Shown piece by piece: positions 24,351-38,790 of a stretch of DNA of 64,000 nucleotides. Both the position numbers and the translations under genes were made by a program. Source of the DNA: Tubiluchus corallicola (Eukaryota; Animalia; Priapulida); assembly GCA_030141605.1 (NCBI GenBank), contig JAQGDQ010000629.1, forward strand, positions 59,773-123,772. The letters run 5' to 3'. Below the pieces are notes generated by a model. That model ran no database searches. It worked only from the letters and a program-made list of their open reading frames with translations, and was not told the DNA's origin. The stretch's first letter is position 1. Each line of letters opens with the position of its first letter.

Positions 24351-24899
24351 TAGCGAACATTTTCTAGTGCAGAAACTGCAGACACCTTTAATCTGATACC
24401 ATGGGTTGATTCTAAAATTTGTATCACTGAAGAGTTTAACGAAGAAATTTATAACTTCGATAAACATGAAAGGCTCGGTGTTTTTTCACGTATGAAATTC
24501 TTTCTGCATATAATACAAGTTTCTCCAATTCATTAACAGAGGGCTCTTGTTCATTTCTAAACGTCACTTATTATTTATTTTCATTTTTTATTTCAAATTT
24601 ATTTCGTACATTTAAGGTACGTGTCATTACACAGAAATTTAAAAACACTCAACTATATTGTAAAATTACGGTAGAAACTAATAAAATATTAACACATATA
24701 ACATAAAAACACAAGACAGATCACTAAATAATACAATATGCAGAGGCATAAAACCCAATAAAAGTCGCCTTTAAAATGGTACAAGAAACATCGATATGCA
24801 TTGTCAGACACAATAGACTCTGTCTTTGATCTCTTGACTCTTGCTGATGGCTAAACAAATTTGTTGTTATCTTTGAGAGAGGGGTGATGTAAGCTGGTA

Positions 24900-26115
24900 A
24901 ATTTATACCTATCCTGTGATGCACAATGTAATGAAAGATGTTTAGTATCGTTTGCCGGGGTCTAATTTCTATTGTTTTCATTTCTGGTTTTATGTTATAC
25001 ATAAATACCACATGTATTGTCAGACACAATGGACTCTGTCTTTGATCAGCATCTTCTGTCACACCCACAGTGCATTTAAGGATTCACTAAAGGCAGATTT
25101 TCAGTCAGATCTCCATGCAGATCACTGAATCATCTGCATAAAACAGAGTTAATACGTAAAAAGCTGTTGCCATCATCGTTATGCAAACAGAACAATCTTA
25201 CGTGCATTCTCTTGCTATGTTAAGACATTTGTATATGCCTAATATAGGTTTTACACATCAAATGTAGACACAGGAATTTCGAATGAGTTTTGGTAACTCA
25301 AATGTGACTTAGGTAACTCAAATGTAGATACAATTACTTTGAATAAATAGGTAATTAACTCATTTAAGTGCAAATTACAAAAAAGATAAACCAAAGATAG
25401 TCATCACCTCTTTCATAACTTTGAAAAATGTGTTGTTTATCCCTTCCCAATGAACAGAATCACTAATTAGTTTTTTAAGTAATGCATTAGCACTGCATTA
25501 ATAAATTAGTTTCTCTCAAGAAACATTGTTTATTTTAAGAATGTATTGTTTTCTCTAACAGTTCCAATGGTATGTAAAGTTTACAGAATATTAGTGAACT
25601 ATTAGTAGACCTATAAAGTTATTATTTTCACAGCAATTATTAAATTAAGATTAAAGGAGATTAAATTTAACATCCCTAAACTTTACCACCTATCCACATT
25701 TGAGATGCCAATGTCACAGTTGACTTGACATGTGTCTACATTTGACTTACCAAAAATGCTTAAGATTTCCTGAAAACCATTGTTAACACATTTGAACTAC
25801 CTAAGTCTACATTTGAGTTACTGAGACACATATGAATTACCTAAATCTACATTTGAGTTAACGTAGGTCTACATTTGACATGTAAAATCTATAATATAAT
25901 TGATAAGCTGTATGTTTGCTCTGCATATCACAATACAGTTATATGGACAAACTGGTACAAACTACGTTTTGCATTACGAAATCAATAAGTATGTTTCCTC
26001 TATTGCTCGGTACATCTTTACGATAGATTTTATAACCCATACATAGACCATTCCGAGCTCGTCTCTCTTCTAATGGCTTTAAACTTAAAACGCTTAGCCT
26101 GTTAATAAATTTATA
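24900..26115 (-). pseudogene. Degraded CR1/L2-type LINE relic interrupted by a MITE
   Basis: LFYADDSVI reverse-transcriptase motif at about 25120-25150 and RLSVLSLKPLEERRAR..YKI (CR1-like C-terminus) at about 26020-26110; frameshifted. Confidence 0.45.
25243..25893. mobile_element. MITE, same family as 2144-3413
   Basis: Same TIRs and subterminal sequences; only one 60-bp unit. Confidence 0.8.
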
Positions 26116-26137
26116 GTCAACAGAAACCACAACATAC

Positions 26138-26168
26138 CTCTTCAACAGACAGCGGTAAAATGACCCGA
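26138..26168 (-). CDS. PITPNA: Class I PITP, coding exon 2 (RVILPLSVEE, 31 nt)
   Basis: TTTCAG|T CGG GTC ATT TTA CCG CTG TCT GTT GAA GAG|GTATGT; matches PITP RVILPVSVDE. Confidence 0.93.
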
Positions 26169-27674
26169 CTGAAATAAACAAAAAAGAATCATTAAGAGTC
26201 ACTCAAAACTTATTATTAGTGAGGGAATAAAGTGAGCGGAAACGAATTTGGCCATGAATTTAAACAAAATCACATTCAGTTAATGTGGGTGAACACTGGC
26301 CATCAGACAAACTGCTTTTGGGGCAATTTCAGCTGCCATACTACTCCTGGATTCAAGGAGGAACAATGTACACATTTAATAACAAGACTAACACCTATGC
26401 AGTTGAGGGTCTTGTCACTAATTTTTATAACCAACTTCATTCCAGTCACTCAACAACTATGAATATTGCTACAGAACTCTGCTTTAGTACCACTGAGTCT
26501 GAGGCGTACTAACCAACAGGCTAACTAGCCTATAGCCTGAGGCGTCAAAGTTTGAGAGGCATCACATTTTAGGAAAAATTCTTATTCTCCTTGGAAAATG
26601 TGTATACTTTCATATTCATGTAAAAGGTGCATTTTATAACACACCACAGGCAGTTACTGAAAGCAGCTTTTATATAAGTGCCACATAATGAACAGGTGCA
26701 AGGTATTACACAACAAGCAGTTGCGCAGCCTGCTTGGATATAAGCGCTGTGCAAATACATGTAATTAATAATGACCTCGTAGAAACTAGCTTAACAGTGT
26801 TTCTAATACACTACAAGTAATTGTTTAATCTGCTCATTACATAAACAATCATAAATTTGCAATAGTGAGGGGCGGGCTGAAATGTCAGCCTAGGGCGTCA
26901 TAAAGTCTTGATACGCCCTTGCACTGAATATATGGTGTGCCAAAATGGAGATCAAAAATATACAGGCCAGATGGAAGATTGAGTGGACTTTCAGGCTTCA
27001 AAGTAAGAGCTAGTATGCTTTGACATCCTACTTGGTGAAGAAGGTTTGACTTTTCCAACTGTACGGCACCTAAACAGGTACCAAAAGTTGGAGGCTGTGT
27101 GAGTGCTGTTTTTTATATGGTTATGGCTGAAATCAAAGAATAAATAATATAAGCACGGAATAAGCAGGGACTAAGCACTAAGCACAAACAACCAGGGAAC
27201 AAGTACAAAAAGTAGGACCTTACACCGGTCCTATTTTCCCTAATATAAAAAACCTGAAAATTTTAAAAACAATAAAATATACATATGACCTGTTTATACC
27301 TTACGTATACCATAAGTATACCATACGTCCCTTTATGACCGAAAGTCCCTTATATCAGGGTACCTTATATACGAAGATTTTTATAAGGAAAAACGTTACG
27401 GAATTTTCGGACCGGTGTTGGTGATCTGTTATAAGCGAATATCTTATACCCGTGGTTGACTGTATGTGTGTGTGTGTGCGTGCGGGCGTGTATGTGTGTG
27501 TGTGTGTCTGTGTGTGTGCGTGTTACAGATCACAAATTATTGCAATAATATTGATTTTAGCTTAAAAGCTACCTAAGAAACAAAAACAGATCATTGCTTT
27601 GCGTGAAACCTCATTTGCTCCTCATTTTTATTCTGGAGGAGCATACAGTGCAGTGCTCCGCAAAAAAAGAAAAC

Positions 27675-28245
27675 ATTTCCACCCCTGACCACAGCAGAAA
27701 CCAGACAATTTTTCATGTTTGAACAGGTATACAACCATCAAGTCAATTTCCACCCCTGACCACAGCAGAAACCAGACAATTTTCCATGTTTGAACAGGTA
27801 TACAACCATCAAGTCAATTTCCACCCCTGACCACAGCAGAAACCAGACAATTTTCCATGTTTGAACAGGTATATCACCATCAGGTCAATTTCCACCCCTG
27901 ACCACAGCAGAAACCAGACAATTTTCCATGTTTGAACAGGTATATCACCATCAGGTCAATTTCCGCCCCTGACCACAGCAGAAACCAGACAATTTTCCAT
28001 GTTTGAACAGGTATATCACCATCAGGTCAATTTCCGCCCCTGACCACAGCAGAAACCAGACAATTTTCCATGTTTGAACAGGTATACCACCGTCAAGTCA
28101 ATTTCCACCCCTGACCACAGCAGAAACCAGACAATTTTCCATGTTTGAACAGGTATATCACCATCAGGTCAATTTCCACCCCTGACCACAGCAGAAAGCA
28201 GGCAATTTTCCATGTTTGAACAGGTATACCACCATCAAATCAACT
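27675..28245. repeat. 71-bp minisatellite, about 8 copies
   Basis: TTTCCACCCCTGACCACAGCAGAAACC.. recurs at 27676, 27747, 27818 and onward. Confidence 0.95.
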
Positions 28246-29329
28246 TCCTTTAGAAATCACATCCCAACCTGCAGCACTAAATTAGTTAATCTACAAAACA
28301 GCATGCTGCCTCCAACGAAAGCACAAGGATTTGCAGATTTTGTTAAAGTGACCGTCAAACTTGAACTCGGATCAATACAAGGGAGACGGTAAACAGAGCG
28401 CAAGATTCTTTAGAAACGTAACAGTTTCCATTAATTTGGTAAATATTGGAAATGAACAGCAAAACCCATATGAACAAAATTGTTCTTTAAAAGCACACGA
28501 AACCATCCTTTATAAATGAAGCTTAAAAAGTTCGCATTGAAATTTTATATCACTTACATGCTATCTCATTGCATACAGGACTTGTATTAGCAGTACTAGT
28601 TAGCACTGTAAAAAAACTTGTAAATTCTCCTGTGATGACCGTTAGGTGCAGCGGTTTTAACGGTAAGTCATTTGAGACAAGTTCAGATAACATTGGAAGT
28701 TTGAAATAACAAAGAGAGCATTCGTAGAACACTCTTGGCTGACCAAGCAACAGCTTAAATCACTTTATATTGTCAATAAGATTAATAATATGTTTTTGGT
28801 GAATCAGTGCCAGTGCACACTGGGATGGAGATGCGGTGCCGTTTTACCAGGTAGAGTGAACATTTTAAATAACTAAGAAGAAGCTTTCAAACAGGCAAGC
28901 ATAAAACTAACTAATACAACTTTGCATGTAATGCCTTTGGGATATACTTTTTTAACATTCCCCTTTATTAATCGTTCATAACACATCAAAAATAAAATGT
29001 CGATAAATCACAAAATTGTTTGGTTTCATCACAGCCTATCAATTTTGCTGTTTAACGAAACCGATCGATCGCAAATCTGGCAGAATAAGTACGTATTGCC
29101 GCTATAAAAATTATTTTTAAACTGTGTTGCTTTGGCAGTTGTTTTACACATCAAAAGATATTATCCATAAGACTTCAATGACGAAAATTCATTTATCTGC
29201 AATTATTTGATTGATTTCCTGGAATTTATTATAAATTTTATCACTGAAGTAAAAGAAAAAGCAAATGTATCAATGGAATTTGTGGCACTTGTCTACTCAT
29301 TTTCACAAATGCTGAAAAACTCCCTGAGA

Positions 29330-29460
29330 CACGTTGAGCAACAGCCACTGAGCAACGTTGGAGCAGACATGGTTGAGCAACAGGCACTGAGCAACGTTGG
29401 AGCAGACATGGTTGAGCAACAGACAGTGAGCAACATTGGAGCAGACACGGTTGAGACGTG
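29330..29460. repeat. 39-bp tandem repeat, about 3 copies
   Basis: GTTGAGCAACAG.CACTGAGCAACGTTGGAGCAGACATG. Confidence 0.9.
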
Positions 29461-30451
29461 TTAAACAGCAATAAACCGATGATAATGCCTAAAAGAAAGT
29501 AAAGCCAGAACGAAAATCTATGATCATTACATCTAATCCATGGATGTTCTATTCTAGATAGATGGCTACAGTCTAATCAGCTTTCACCAATACAATTACA
29601 AGGACTGACAAGAATATGTGCAAGGCCTTCTAAAAATTATATGCGATTAAAATTGACAAAGTTACAGGATGGGATTTTATAAGAAAACAGCTATTGTTAA
29701 TTGCAAACCATACTGCAAACCAACAAGGTGAAAATGACCAAGACCACGCATTATGGTGTGAAATAAGTAGAAAAGAAAAAAACTTCAATGATCAAAACAG
29801 CAGCAGCACGACTGAAATGCTTAATCGGTTTGGCCACTCCTTTTGAGCGTGTGATCTCTTGGAAAAGCAAGTGTATGAAATATAAATTTGAGACATTTAT
29901 GAGAAATTTGAAGCACATAAATGAATTTATCGTAACAGAATGCTAAACATTTCAAAACTTCTGCTCTAAGTTTTACATGTTTTGCTTTTGTAAACATTTT
30001 CTTAGAAATTCAGCAATTTTTGCGGCTGTTTATTAATTACCGATCATTACCGAACACAACTGTTCGATCACCGATGACTGATCAGTTCGGCAGGTCACTA
30101 GAACTAAATAATACATTAGAAAGTTTATAAGAAACCAAATAATTATAGATAAATGAGTAAAAAAACATGCTCCGAACACATCCAGTTTGCAATGTCCACA
30201 TTGTACAGCCAACATTAGGGGTGCACCAAATATTCAGATCGTCAAACTTTTTATGGAATATCGGTACAAAAATCCCGTCCAACAATCTTCCGTTGCAATC
30301 ACTAAAGATTCGGTGAACCTTCAGTATACCGAAATTACTCTTTTAATAATTGTCACATTAGGTAAGAATTACATCAAAACGAACCGAACAGTTTCCTACA
30401 ATGCTTAGAAAAATTTATACAAAATTTAGCAAAAATATTGAGCTACTTTAA

Positions 30452-30950
30452 AGGACAAGAAAAGGGGCACCTGATGTAGGTTTCAGAAAAATCGCTGTGT
30501 AAAACGTTCCATGCAAATCTATATTACTTAGCATTTCACTTACCTGCTGGAAAGACTTATGTAACTAGACCAATAATTTAAAATGTTTGTGCCAATTGGT
30601 AAAACGTGTCTGACTCACCCTCCAGGGTGCGCCACTCACTAACCAAAAATGTATTTTTAATTTTATTGACAAGATACAGTAATTTAAAATTTTACTTAAT
30701 TAGCAACATGTATGCTACGAATGCTCTGATTACTTTTTCGAACTTTACGCAATGTTATCAAAACTTGTTTCAAACGACCTACTATTAAAATGGCTGAGCC
30801 TAACGGTCATCGCGGGAGTTTAAAATTTACACGTTTTATACAGTGTTGCTGCCGACGCAAGCCCTGCATACGAAAAGGCAATATGTAAGTGGTATAAAAT
30901 TTCGAGACAAATTTTTTAAGCTTTATGTAAGTGGAAGGTTTTCTTGTGCT
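30452..30950 (+). mobile_element. Kolobok-like MITE family A (internally deleted)
   Basis: Same termini and body as the other family A copies. Confidence 0.7.
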
Positions 30951-31722
30951 TTGTCAATAATATTACAGAAGTTTAGAGATCATATCGTCATAAATGAGAA
31001 ATCAAAAGATTACCCAAAGGTTAGCTTGATGAATAAATCTTGCACGCAGTACTGTTTTGTATCCAAGTTACCTGTTTTTATGTGTGATATTGTTCTACAA
31101 TTGTGCTCCTGTAATCAGTCGCTATGAATGAAGTACATTAGCTCAAACACACCATTGTAACAAACAGCACCAAGTGAAAAACTAGGTAAGAAAGCCAAAA
31201 CTGATATAGGATGCGAATTGGTCGAAGGACTGAACTAGAAATTGAGCAAACTGCTGGATTCTATTATTAAAAGCTAAAGTTAAGTATGTTCCTTGTGTCT
31301 TACACACACAGAGATTCTCATTTGCACATATCTAACTAAATCCAGTGGACATAATGGAAATAACGAAACAACAACATACAAAATTATCTTACGTTTATCT
31401 ACAAAACTTGAAAGTAAATGCAATACATTACTGCAATAATTGATTAACGATTATTGGAAATACTACTTATTCCGAACCCGAATTCGATCGACCCACAAAA
31501 GCAGTAATTATCATTATAGGCACTAACATAAAATAAATCTGAAATTGCAAGGTCAGATAACTAACCGCATACAAAAAACTTGGCGTTTTGTTGTTACAGC
31601 CTGATTAGTTTCAATAGAAAACATGAATTAATGGGAGAGCAATGCGTGCGTGCTCTACAAAAATTAAATGATTTCAATCCTGAAAATCGCAGTACACTCA
31701 ATTTGTTTAACAACAAACTTAC

Positions 31723-31739
31723 TATTCTTTTATAAGCAT
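31723..31739 (-). CDS. PITPNA: Class I PITP, coding exon 1 (MLIKE-Y)
   Basis: Reverse complement reads AAC ATG CTT ATA AAA GAA TA|GTAAGT; this is the conserved PITP N-terminus MLIKEY; phase 2 joins the next exon. Confidence 0.9.
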
Positions 31740-31900
31740 GTTACCGCCGACGCAGGAATTAAATTAAAATCACTTTAATCAGCAAAAGCCTAATTGCAAC
31801 CAGGATCAAGGTCCAAAACTATTTTTCTATTATCTAATATTCTCTCAATCGGCTTTTTGTTCCGGAAGCGACTTAACACAGTTTGCGGATGTAGAAAGCG
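31740..31900 (-). promoter_or_regulatory. PITP 5' UTR and proximal promoter region
   Basis: Directly upstream of the ATG; ETS-like CCGGAAG at about 31862; start site not determinable from sequence. Confidence 0.35.
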
Positions 31901-31984
31901 TACAAATACGGTAACACGAAAATGCCACAACTTATCTATTTAATTTTATCTTATTTTGTTTGCTTGATTTTCGCCACACTTCGA

Positions 31985-32465
31985 CGTTGGTGCAGACTAG
32001 CAACTTGCATAGCAGAGTCCATTTTTTTGCATGATTATTGCTATCCTTGATGGCAGATTTCTTTTATTTTAGAATTCTGCCTGCCCAATTTCCTACAATA
32101 GATGTGATGGGCATAGGACTATGATGATGATGATGATGATGATGATGATCGACAGCATGGCAAAGCCTACTCTCATTGGAATATTTGTGTTTTTGTAAAA
32201 TAGTAGTAAACCTATCAAAAATCTAACTAATAGGAAATGTTATTTTAATACTACTGATCACTTTACAAATTTAAAACTATCTATAACCTTTGGTGTCGCA
32301 TGTGCATGAGCATTCATCATAATCATCACTGTGCTTTTTATATACTTCTACTAAGAATTAGGCAGGCAGATTCTAAAATAAAATCTCTGCCCAAAAAACA
32401 GGTAAGTACAGCAGTTATTTCAGCACAAAACTAGGCAGTGCTATGCTGGTTGCTTGTCAGCACCA
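31985..32465. mobile_element. Long-TIR MITE just upstream of PITP
   Basis: GGCAGATTTTCTTTTATTTTAGAATTCTGCCTGCC and its reverse complement at about 32360-32390; related arm at 37280-37380. Confidence 0.5.
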
Positions 32466-35329
32466 CTTCCGTTTACCATACTGTGCATGAGCATTGATTA
32501 TCAGAATTTAGTTAGCACAGTCTGATTTTTTTAACTTGCATTATTTTTCTGCCTCTAAATTTCAGTGTTCGTGCAACAATGCCCCTGTTTCTGTTGGAGT
32601 GCTCTGATGAACTGCACACAAGTTTTGTGACTTTGCATTTACACAACATGCTGGATTAAGTGACAAATTTGGTGACCAATTAGACTACTTCTGGAAGAAC
32701 TAATACAATGAGAACGAGTTGAAACTGCAAAATAAGTCAAAATGCCCTTTAAATCTCGAAAAGTTCTTAATGTTTTTCTTCTTGGAAGTTCTCGGTTATC
32801 CCTCAAAGGTTTCATCAGGTGAAATTAACTTGCTATCACTAGAACATGAAAGGCCTGTCAATCGCTACAGTGCCCTTGACTGTCCACTTAAATACCTCGT
32901 GTTGAGGGAGGATGTACTCACATTCGAAAGGTAGCTAAGATACCTCTTTTGATCTCATGCTGGCTGGAGGACTACCTTGATAGTGAAATAAAGGTTCTGG
33001 TTTCACTTCAGGCCCTGGTATTGACTGGACTGTAGCTTGCAGGTCGCTAAATTGAAAAACAGGAAATAGGAGGTCACGGCAATTTCTCCCCCAAAACTAG
33101 CAATATTATCCGTATACTAGCAACATTGATTTCCTAATCAAATCACAAAACTCATTTTGCCATATTGGTAAATTTGGTTTTGTTCGAATTTAGAGGAACA
33201 TGGTGTTAACTAGCCACGCAAAGTTTCGGGTTTCCTGCTGAACAAAATCATCAGTAATTTCAAAATTACTGATGAAGTTAAACGAATTTCAAACTATCTA
33301 ATGTAAACCACAAAAGTAATTAAACTTGCATTAGTTGACCTGACTCCTTTATTTGCTGTGTGTTTTCTGCATTGATTCTTTATTTTATGTTAGGTACTAA
33401 GAACTTTTTAGTAAAACTGATATCCAGTACTGCATAACATGCATAATCATTATGCTGTATTGCTTATTGCTTATGCGCACTATGCGGTGTGCTCTTCAGA
33501 GTCGGTAAGGGTTGGGGGGGGGGGTCCAATCTTGTGGCACTTTTGAAGTATTAATTCTAGAGCATTAAGTATTCTATTTTGCTATTCTGTTTAGACATGT
33601 CCAGAAGGATATGTCGTCTGGCACAAGTTTTTCTGGAAAAGACTGGAAAAGATTGGCCTCCATTGCTATAGTCTTCAACCAAAGCAAAGAGGTACAATCT
33701 ATTATACAATGCAAGTATAATGTCATTTCATGTACTAGGCAGACGTGTGGATATTTATCACTAGATGGAGTTTCTTTGCACTGGACTCATGGTTCAGTAA
33801 TGCTTTGCACAATAGATACCACTTGGCCACTAATCATAAAATCCTTTCGTAAATCTTCTTCCTATTTTATATGCTTTTCTGCCAAACCTGATAAATCGTG
33901 ACTGGCAGAACTACAAACAATAATCAAGCTCATGTCACTCTGATGAGCAGAAGGGAGAAAAGGCAAAAAGAAAGTGAGGTACGAGATATCTCTATGTGAA
34001 TTCCTACTATAATTAACGCATGAAGAGGCTGCCTTAGCAGAGGAATGGAGAGTCCAGTGTTCCACTGGAAGAAATAGTGGACCATCAGAAGAAGACATGT
34101 TCAGGTCGGCATTGATACCAATACCTAATGTCGCAAGTTTAGTATGTCATTTAATACATCGAGGTGTGAACGCTGATCCCTTGCCTCCAGATCAACAAAG
34201 TTAGCTCAGTTCTGCACCAGAACCAAATGGTATTAAATAAATAAAGTCTGCAAAACATATAGTTAACTAAGGAAATCCCTCTATAATATTGCCTAGAGTA
34301 ATATTAGGACAGTATGTAGTACCCTTTTCATGGAATGCAGCAGAAGGGACAACTGAATGGTCCCAATGGAGTAATACTCCAATAAACTGACGCAGTTTTG
34401 TCCCATATTGCAGTTAGATGTTGAAGGAAAGTGTATATTTGGTATCTTAGCTGAGAGAATTTCATCATTAAATTCGTGAAAATGATTTCATCAATACGTC
34501 TGTGAGAAGGATTCACAGACTGTCTTAGGCATATCAGCATGATATCTCATATTGTGACATCCAAGAAGTTGAAAGGGGTCTTAATGCTGTATGGCTTGAT
34601 CAAGTAAGTGTTACAACCACATTTGGATCGGTAGGCCTACTCTGCAACACATCCCAAGTGAGTGCTCACCATCTTTGGCTAGTAATATGTAGACCTGGAA
34701 GCACGACTATGTCCTCAGAGTATTAGTGGAACCAGTCGCGCCATACATGGAGCTCCAACGCACGGAATGATGTCACGAGCTCCAACCAATGACAAGTACT
34801 TTTACAATATTTTCATTTTGTGAATAAATGACCTAAAGTTGAGATCATCTCTAATTCAAGACTGAGCTTCTTATTTTTTCAGTTAACAAGTAGCGTATCG
34901 GGGCTGATTTGGACGACAAAAGAAGTGTTTCTCTGGAGATGTTGGTGACTGTTTGACATCCAAATGTAGTTACACTGTTAGTAGCTGGACAAGAGGTATA
35001 ATCATGAAGATAATGTCGATGAAGAAGATGAAAGAAAGCACGCAGAACTGGACTGGTTTTCAGTTGGCTGCTGTGATTTAGTTTCTCTCTCTCGGCTTTT
35101 TGAGAAGACAGATAAAGGGGGGTTAGCGCGGCAGTGTCAGAGGTTGCTGAATTAGAACCGCAGTGGGTGTGGCCCAAGTGTATAAAGTACAGTTTGTGCT
35201 GTCGTGATTGGCTCATCAGCTGCAGGTGATGGTGTTTTTCACTAGGCGATAACTATTATTTAATATTTATATGCATAGTTTTATGATTCCTAGCTAATTA
35301 TGTAACAAGTTTATGGCTTGATAATATAA

Positions 35330-35680
35330 AAAGTCGGTGTGCACGCATGCACAAATACGCATATTCTGTGCAGTGGGTTCCTGCGATATAGAACAGCAGA
35401 TGAAAAACTGCAATTCTCAACGCATGCGCAGTTGCGCTTTACTCTGCCGGGCAGCCATTGCGGGTGACATATCCAAGATTGGCAGGCAGGCAGCTAGTAG
35501 CAGACGGTGGAGCTGTGTTTCACGTGTGTACGACAAATTCTATTGTCAGTATTGAACTTCTGCTTGATGCGTGATCGAATCTGTTTGTTACACTGTAAGG
35601 TACATGCCGTGCAGCTGTAGTAATTAGAGCGTTGCTTTGATGTGCCGAGAAGAAAAACAGGATGATTTCTGTTTGAAAAG
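35330..35680 (+). promoter_or_regulatory. Candidate promoter and non-coding first exon of the UNC-93 gene
   Basis: GC-richer unique sequence with an NRF1-like CGCATGCGCA (about 35421), an upstream CCAAT-type GATTGG (about 35205) and an AAG|GTATGA donor at 35680/35681. Confidence 0.4.
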
Positions 35681-37439
35681 GTATGACAACATGTTTTTCA
35701 TATGTATGACAGTCTTGAGTGGCTGACTAGCTGCAATGTTTATGATCTTCCTGAAATGAATAGATTTATAACTTTTTAACCACCCGTTGCCACTGTTTAC
35801 AAGTCTGATAAATCTGTGAATAAATCTCAGAAACTTTAGATATTTGCTAGCCTTGTGAACTGTGATAATGGGTGGGTAAAAAAGTCGTACACTGTCTTAC
35901 GTGTAAGACTAGACGTCATGAACCCGGTAATTATACATATCTATATCTTAAAAACAATAAATATATAATTTTTAACAAATTCACCTGCGATTAAGGCAGT
36001 ACGAAATATACTGGCAGTTCGGTTTTTTGTGGGTTCCTCTCCCAAAGTTACAATTTCCTACCCTTTCCTTTTCATACAATAGAGTTTGAGAATTGTTCAA
36101 GTTGAAGTTGTTCAAAATAATCAGAATTGATCCACTTGAAGAAAAAAATACATTTTTCATTGCTGTTTTTTTTAGATAGCAGAGTGCAAATAGAGCACAG
36201 GACCCGTTAATTATATTAATGGTGTGGCCAGAGCGAATTCATTTTCAAGGATAATTCTCTAAAATGAGATACTGAACCAGCAACTGAGTCTTGACCACGT
36301 TTGCATATTCTCCTATGAGATAAATAACGGAAACTCTCAGAAGCACTTTTCTTGTCAGTCGCCTATCCATATTCTAACCAGGTGCAGTCATGGTTATATT
36401 CAGCCACTAATCAAACACCGTGACCAACCAGCTGTTCCTCTCGTCCTTAGAGAAACATAAAATTAACAACAGTTTTTTAACAATAGTATTGAAGTGATGC
36501 GTTCAATTATATTATGCCGACATGTAATTTATGTGCAAATAATAGATTCATCATCATCGCTATCATTATCATCATCATCTTCATCACAACCATCTTCTTC
36601 TTATTGTTATTCATCATCACCATCATCATCATCGTCGTCATCTTCTTCGTCATTATCATCATCATCATCATTATCATCATCATCATCATCATCATCATCA
36701 TCTAGTTACTACTTATGCGTTCCTTGTTCCAGTTCCTTATTTTTCCATGAATTTGCCATATCAGAACATTAAAGTACTGCCCGTGAAAACGCACGAGGAA
36801 GAATCGTCTGTTCCTGGAGGGGGGGGGGAGAAATTCCGTGAGAATACAAAGAAACCCCAACGTCATTACTTAAAACATTTGAAAACACTCATTTGAGCAA
36901 TATCGACGTGAAAAAAACAATTGAATTGAACAACATATAAACAAGACAACGCAAACTTGAAAGTATCGATACTTTTACCTTTTCTACTATAAGCTCATTA
37001 GAATTCCTAAGTTATAGGTTATGGTTGCTTGATGTCGTGTGTGTTAAAAATGTTCTTGTATTATCATACCGAATCTACTACCCGTTACTTGCTCGAGTAT
37101 CCTATAATCTATAATTATGCCCTCTATTGTCAGTAAGTAGAGAGCAATTTGTACACAAGTTATCCATTTTGTACTTTATTTTATTACATACCTTTAGCAT
37201 ATGTAAGTACATAGCATTATATAAAAATTAAAAAGACACACCCCCTATACTGAAAAATTACGATAGAAACTTGTAACTGCTGTCCATGTCATCATCATCA
37301 TACGCCCGTCACATCCATTGTAGACATTGGGCAGGCAGAATTCTAAAATAAAAGAAATCTGCCTTCAGACAGGTAAACGCAGCAGTAACGCAAGTCCAAG
37401 CATCATTCATCGCCTAACTTTGCTAATATCCCGTTGGAA

Positions 37440-37542
37440 GGTGCTGCCACCTTCGTTTCCGCAACGTGCGCGCATGCGCAACAGGTTGTAGTTTTCCTGG
37501 CATTGTTCTCGGTTTGCGTTGTTAAGAAGCAGATGGTCGGAG
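37440..37542 (+). promoter_or_regulatory. Candidate alternative promoter and first exon of the UNC-93 gene
   Basis: GCGCATGCGC (NRF1-like) near 37468 followed by a strong GAG|GTGAGT donor at 37542/37543. Confidence 0.4.
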
Positions 37543-38614
37543 GTGAGTCAAGTCGTCTGCTTTTACGGAGGAATAATTTAATAATATGTTAATAATACGG
37601 TGAAATACATTAATAATGCAGTGAATTACGTTAATAAGACAGCGATAAGTTAGTGATGGCGTGAACTCATGTAGTAAACATAGTGGATACTGTAGTAATT
37701 ACAAACCGTTTGGACGGTGATATGATTACGTTTGTTTACGAATGTCATCTTATGTCTTCACTTGTATTGTAGCAATAAAGACGTTTGTGCAATTTAATTC
37801 ACTGTGTTATGCGTTAAAATTATTTTCACCCGTTGAAGGCGTATTAACCAACCTCAATCCGAACGAATGGCTGGTGCTGTTACAAAGCTAATAAAATATT
37901 CACATATATACATACACACATACCAGACACAAAACATAAATTTATACACAAGACAGATCACTAAAAATGCAATATACAGAGGCATAAAATTCAATAAAAG
38001 TCACCTTTAAAATGGTAAACAATCTTGATTTTATAATGCAAAACATAATTTGCACCAAACTACCAAATCGTCCATATAACTGTATTGTGATATGCAGAGT
38101 AAACTTACAATTCATTAATTATATTATTAGGTACTTCTGCCAGCCCATATATAAACGATTCAGTTATCTTTCATGTCATAATATCATAGTTAGGAATTTT
38201 AAAATTTACAAATTTTTCATTTGTGCTGCGTCTTCTCAAAATGTTGAAGACCCTACGAAGTGGGTTATTGTGAGCCACCTTTAAAAAGTGTAGTTGTATT
38301 AGAAAAAGTTGCACCATGCGGCGCATGCGTTGAATTGACACACATACGATTTGAGCATCATTATTTTCGTATTAATATTGGTCATGTCTTAAGCGGTAGT
38401 AACCTTCTAAACCATGGAGAAAACTGTGGCCAATGGTCTCGTGTTTTTGTCGCTTTTAAAATGGACGTTAGTTGCGACACATTTTTATGCACCTTTTGAC
38501 GCGCATGCGCGCACACATACTTGAGTATTAAAGCAAAACCGTACCCAATTTTAAACTGAACTCTTTAAAATACTGAAAGGAAACATACCATTTTTTTTCA
38601 AAAATGACAACCTA

Positions 38615-38790
38615 CAACTACATAACAGAAACTATCATTACCCCACTTTTACCCTAAATACCACGCGTCAGGCAGGGCAACAGCAGGTACCATTTTTAAA
38701 GTCTTTGGTATGATCCGGCCGCTGGTTCGAACTCACGAACTCCCAGACGGAAAGCAGACGCATTATCACTAAACTAAACCGTCTGGTCTG
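38615..38790 (-). mobile_element. tRNA-derived SINE copy
   Basis: Reverse complement of 58085-58260. Confidence 0.7.

Noticed and set aside
27675-28245. CRISPR-like array (also 4893-5203 and 61340-62555)
   Set aside because: Contiguous tandem units without unique spacers, eukaryotic context, no cas genes.
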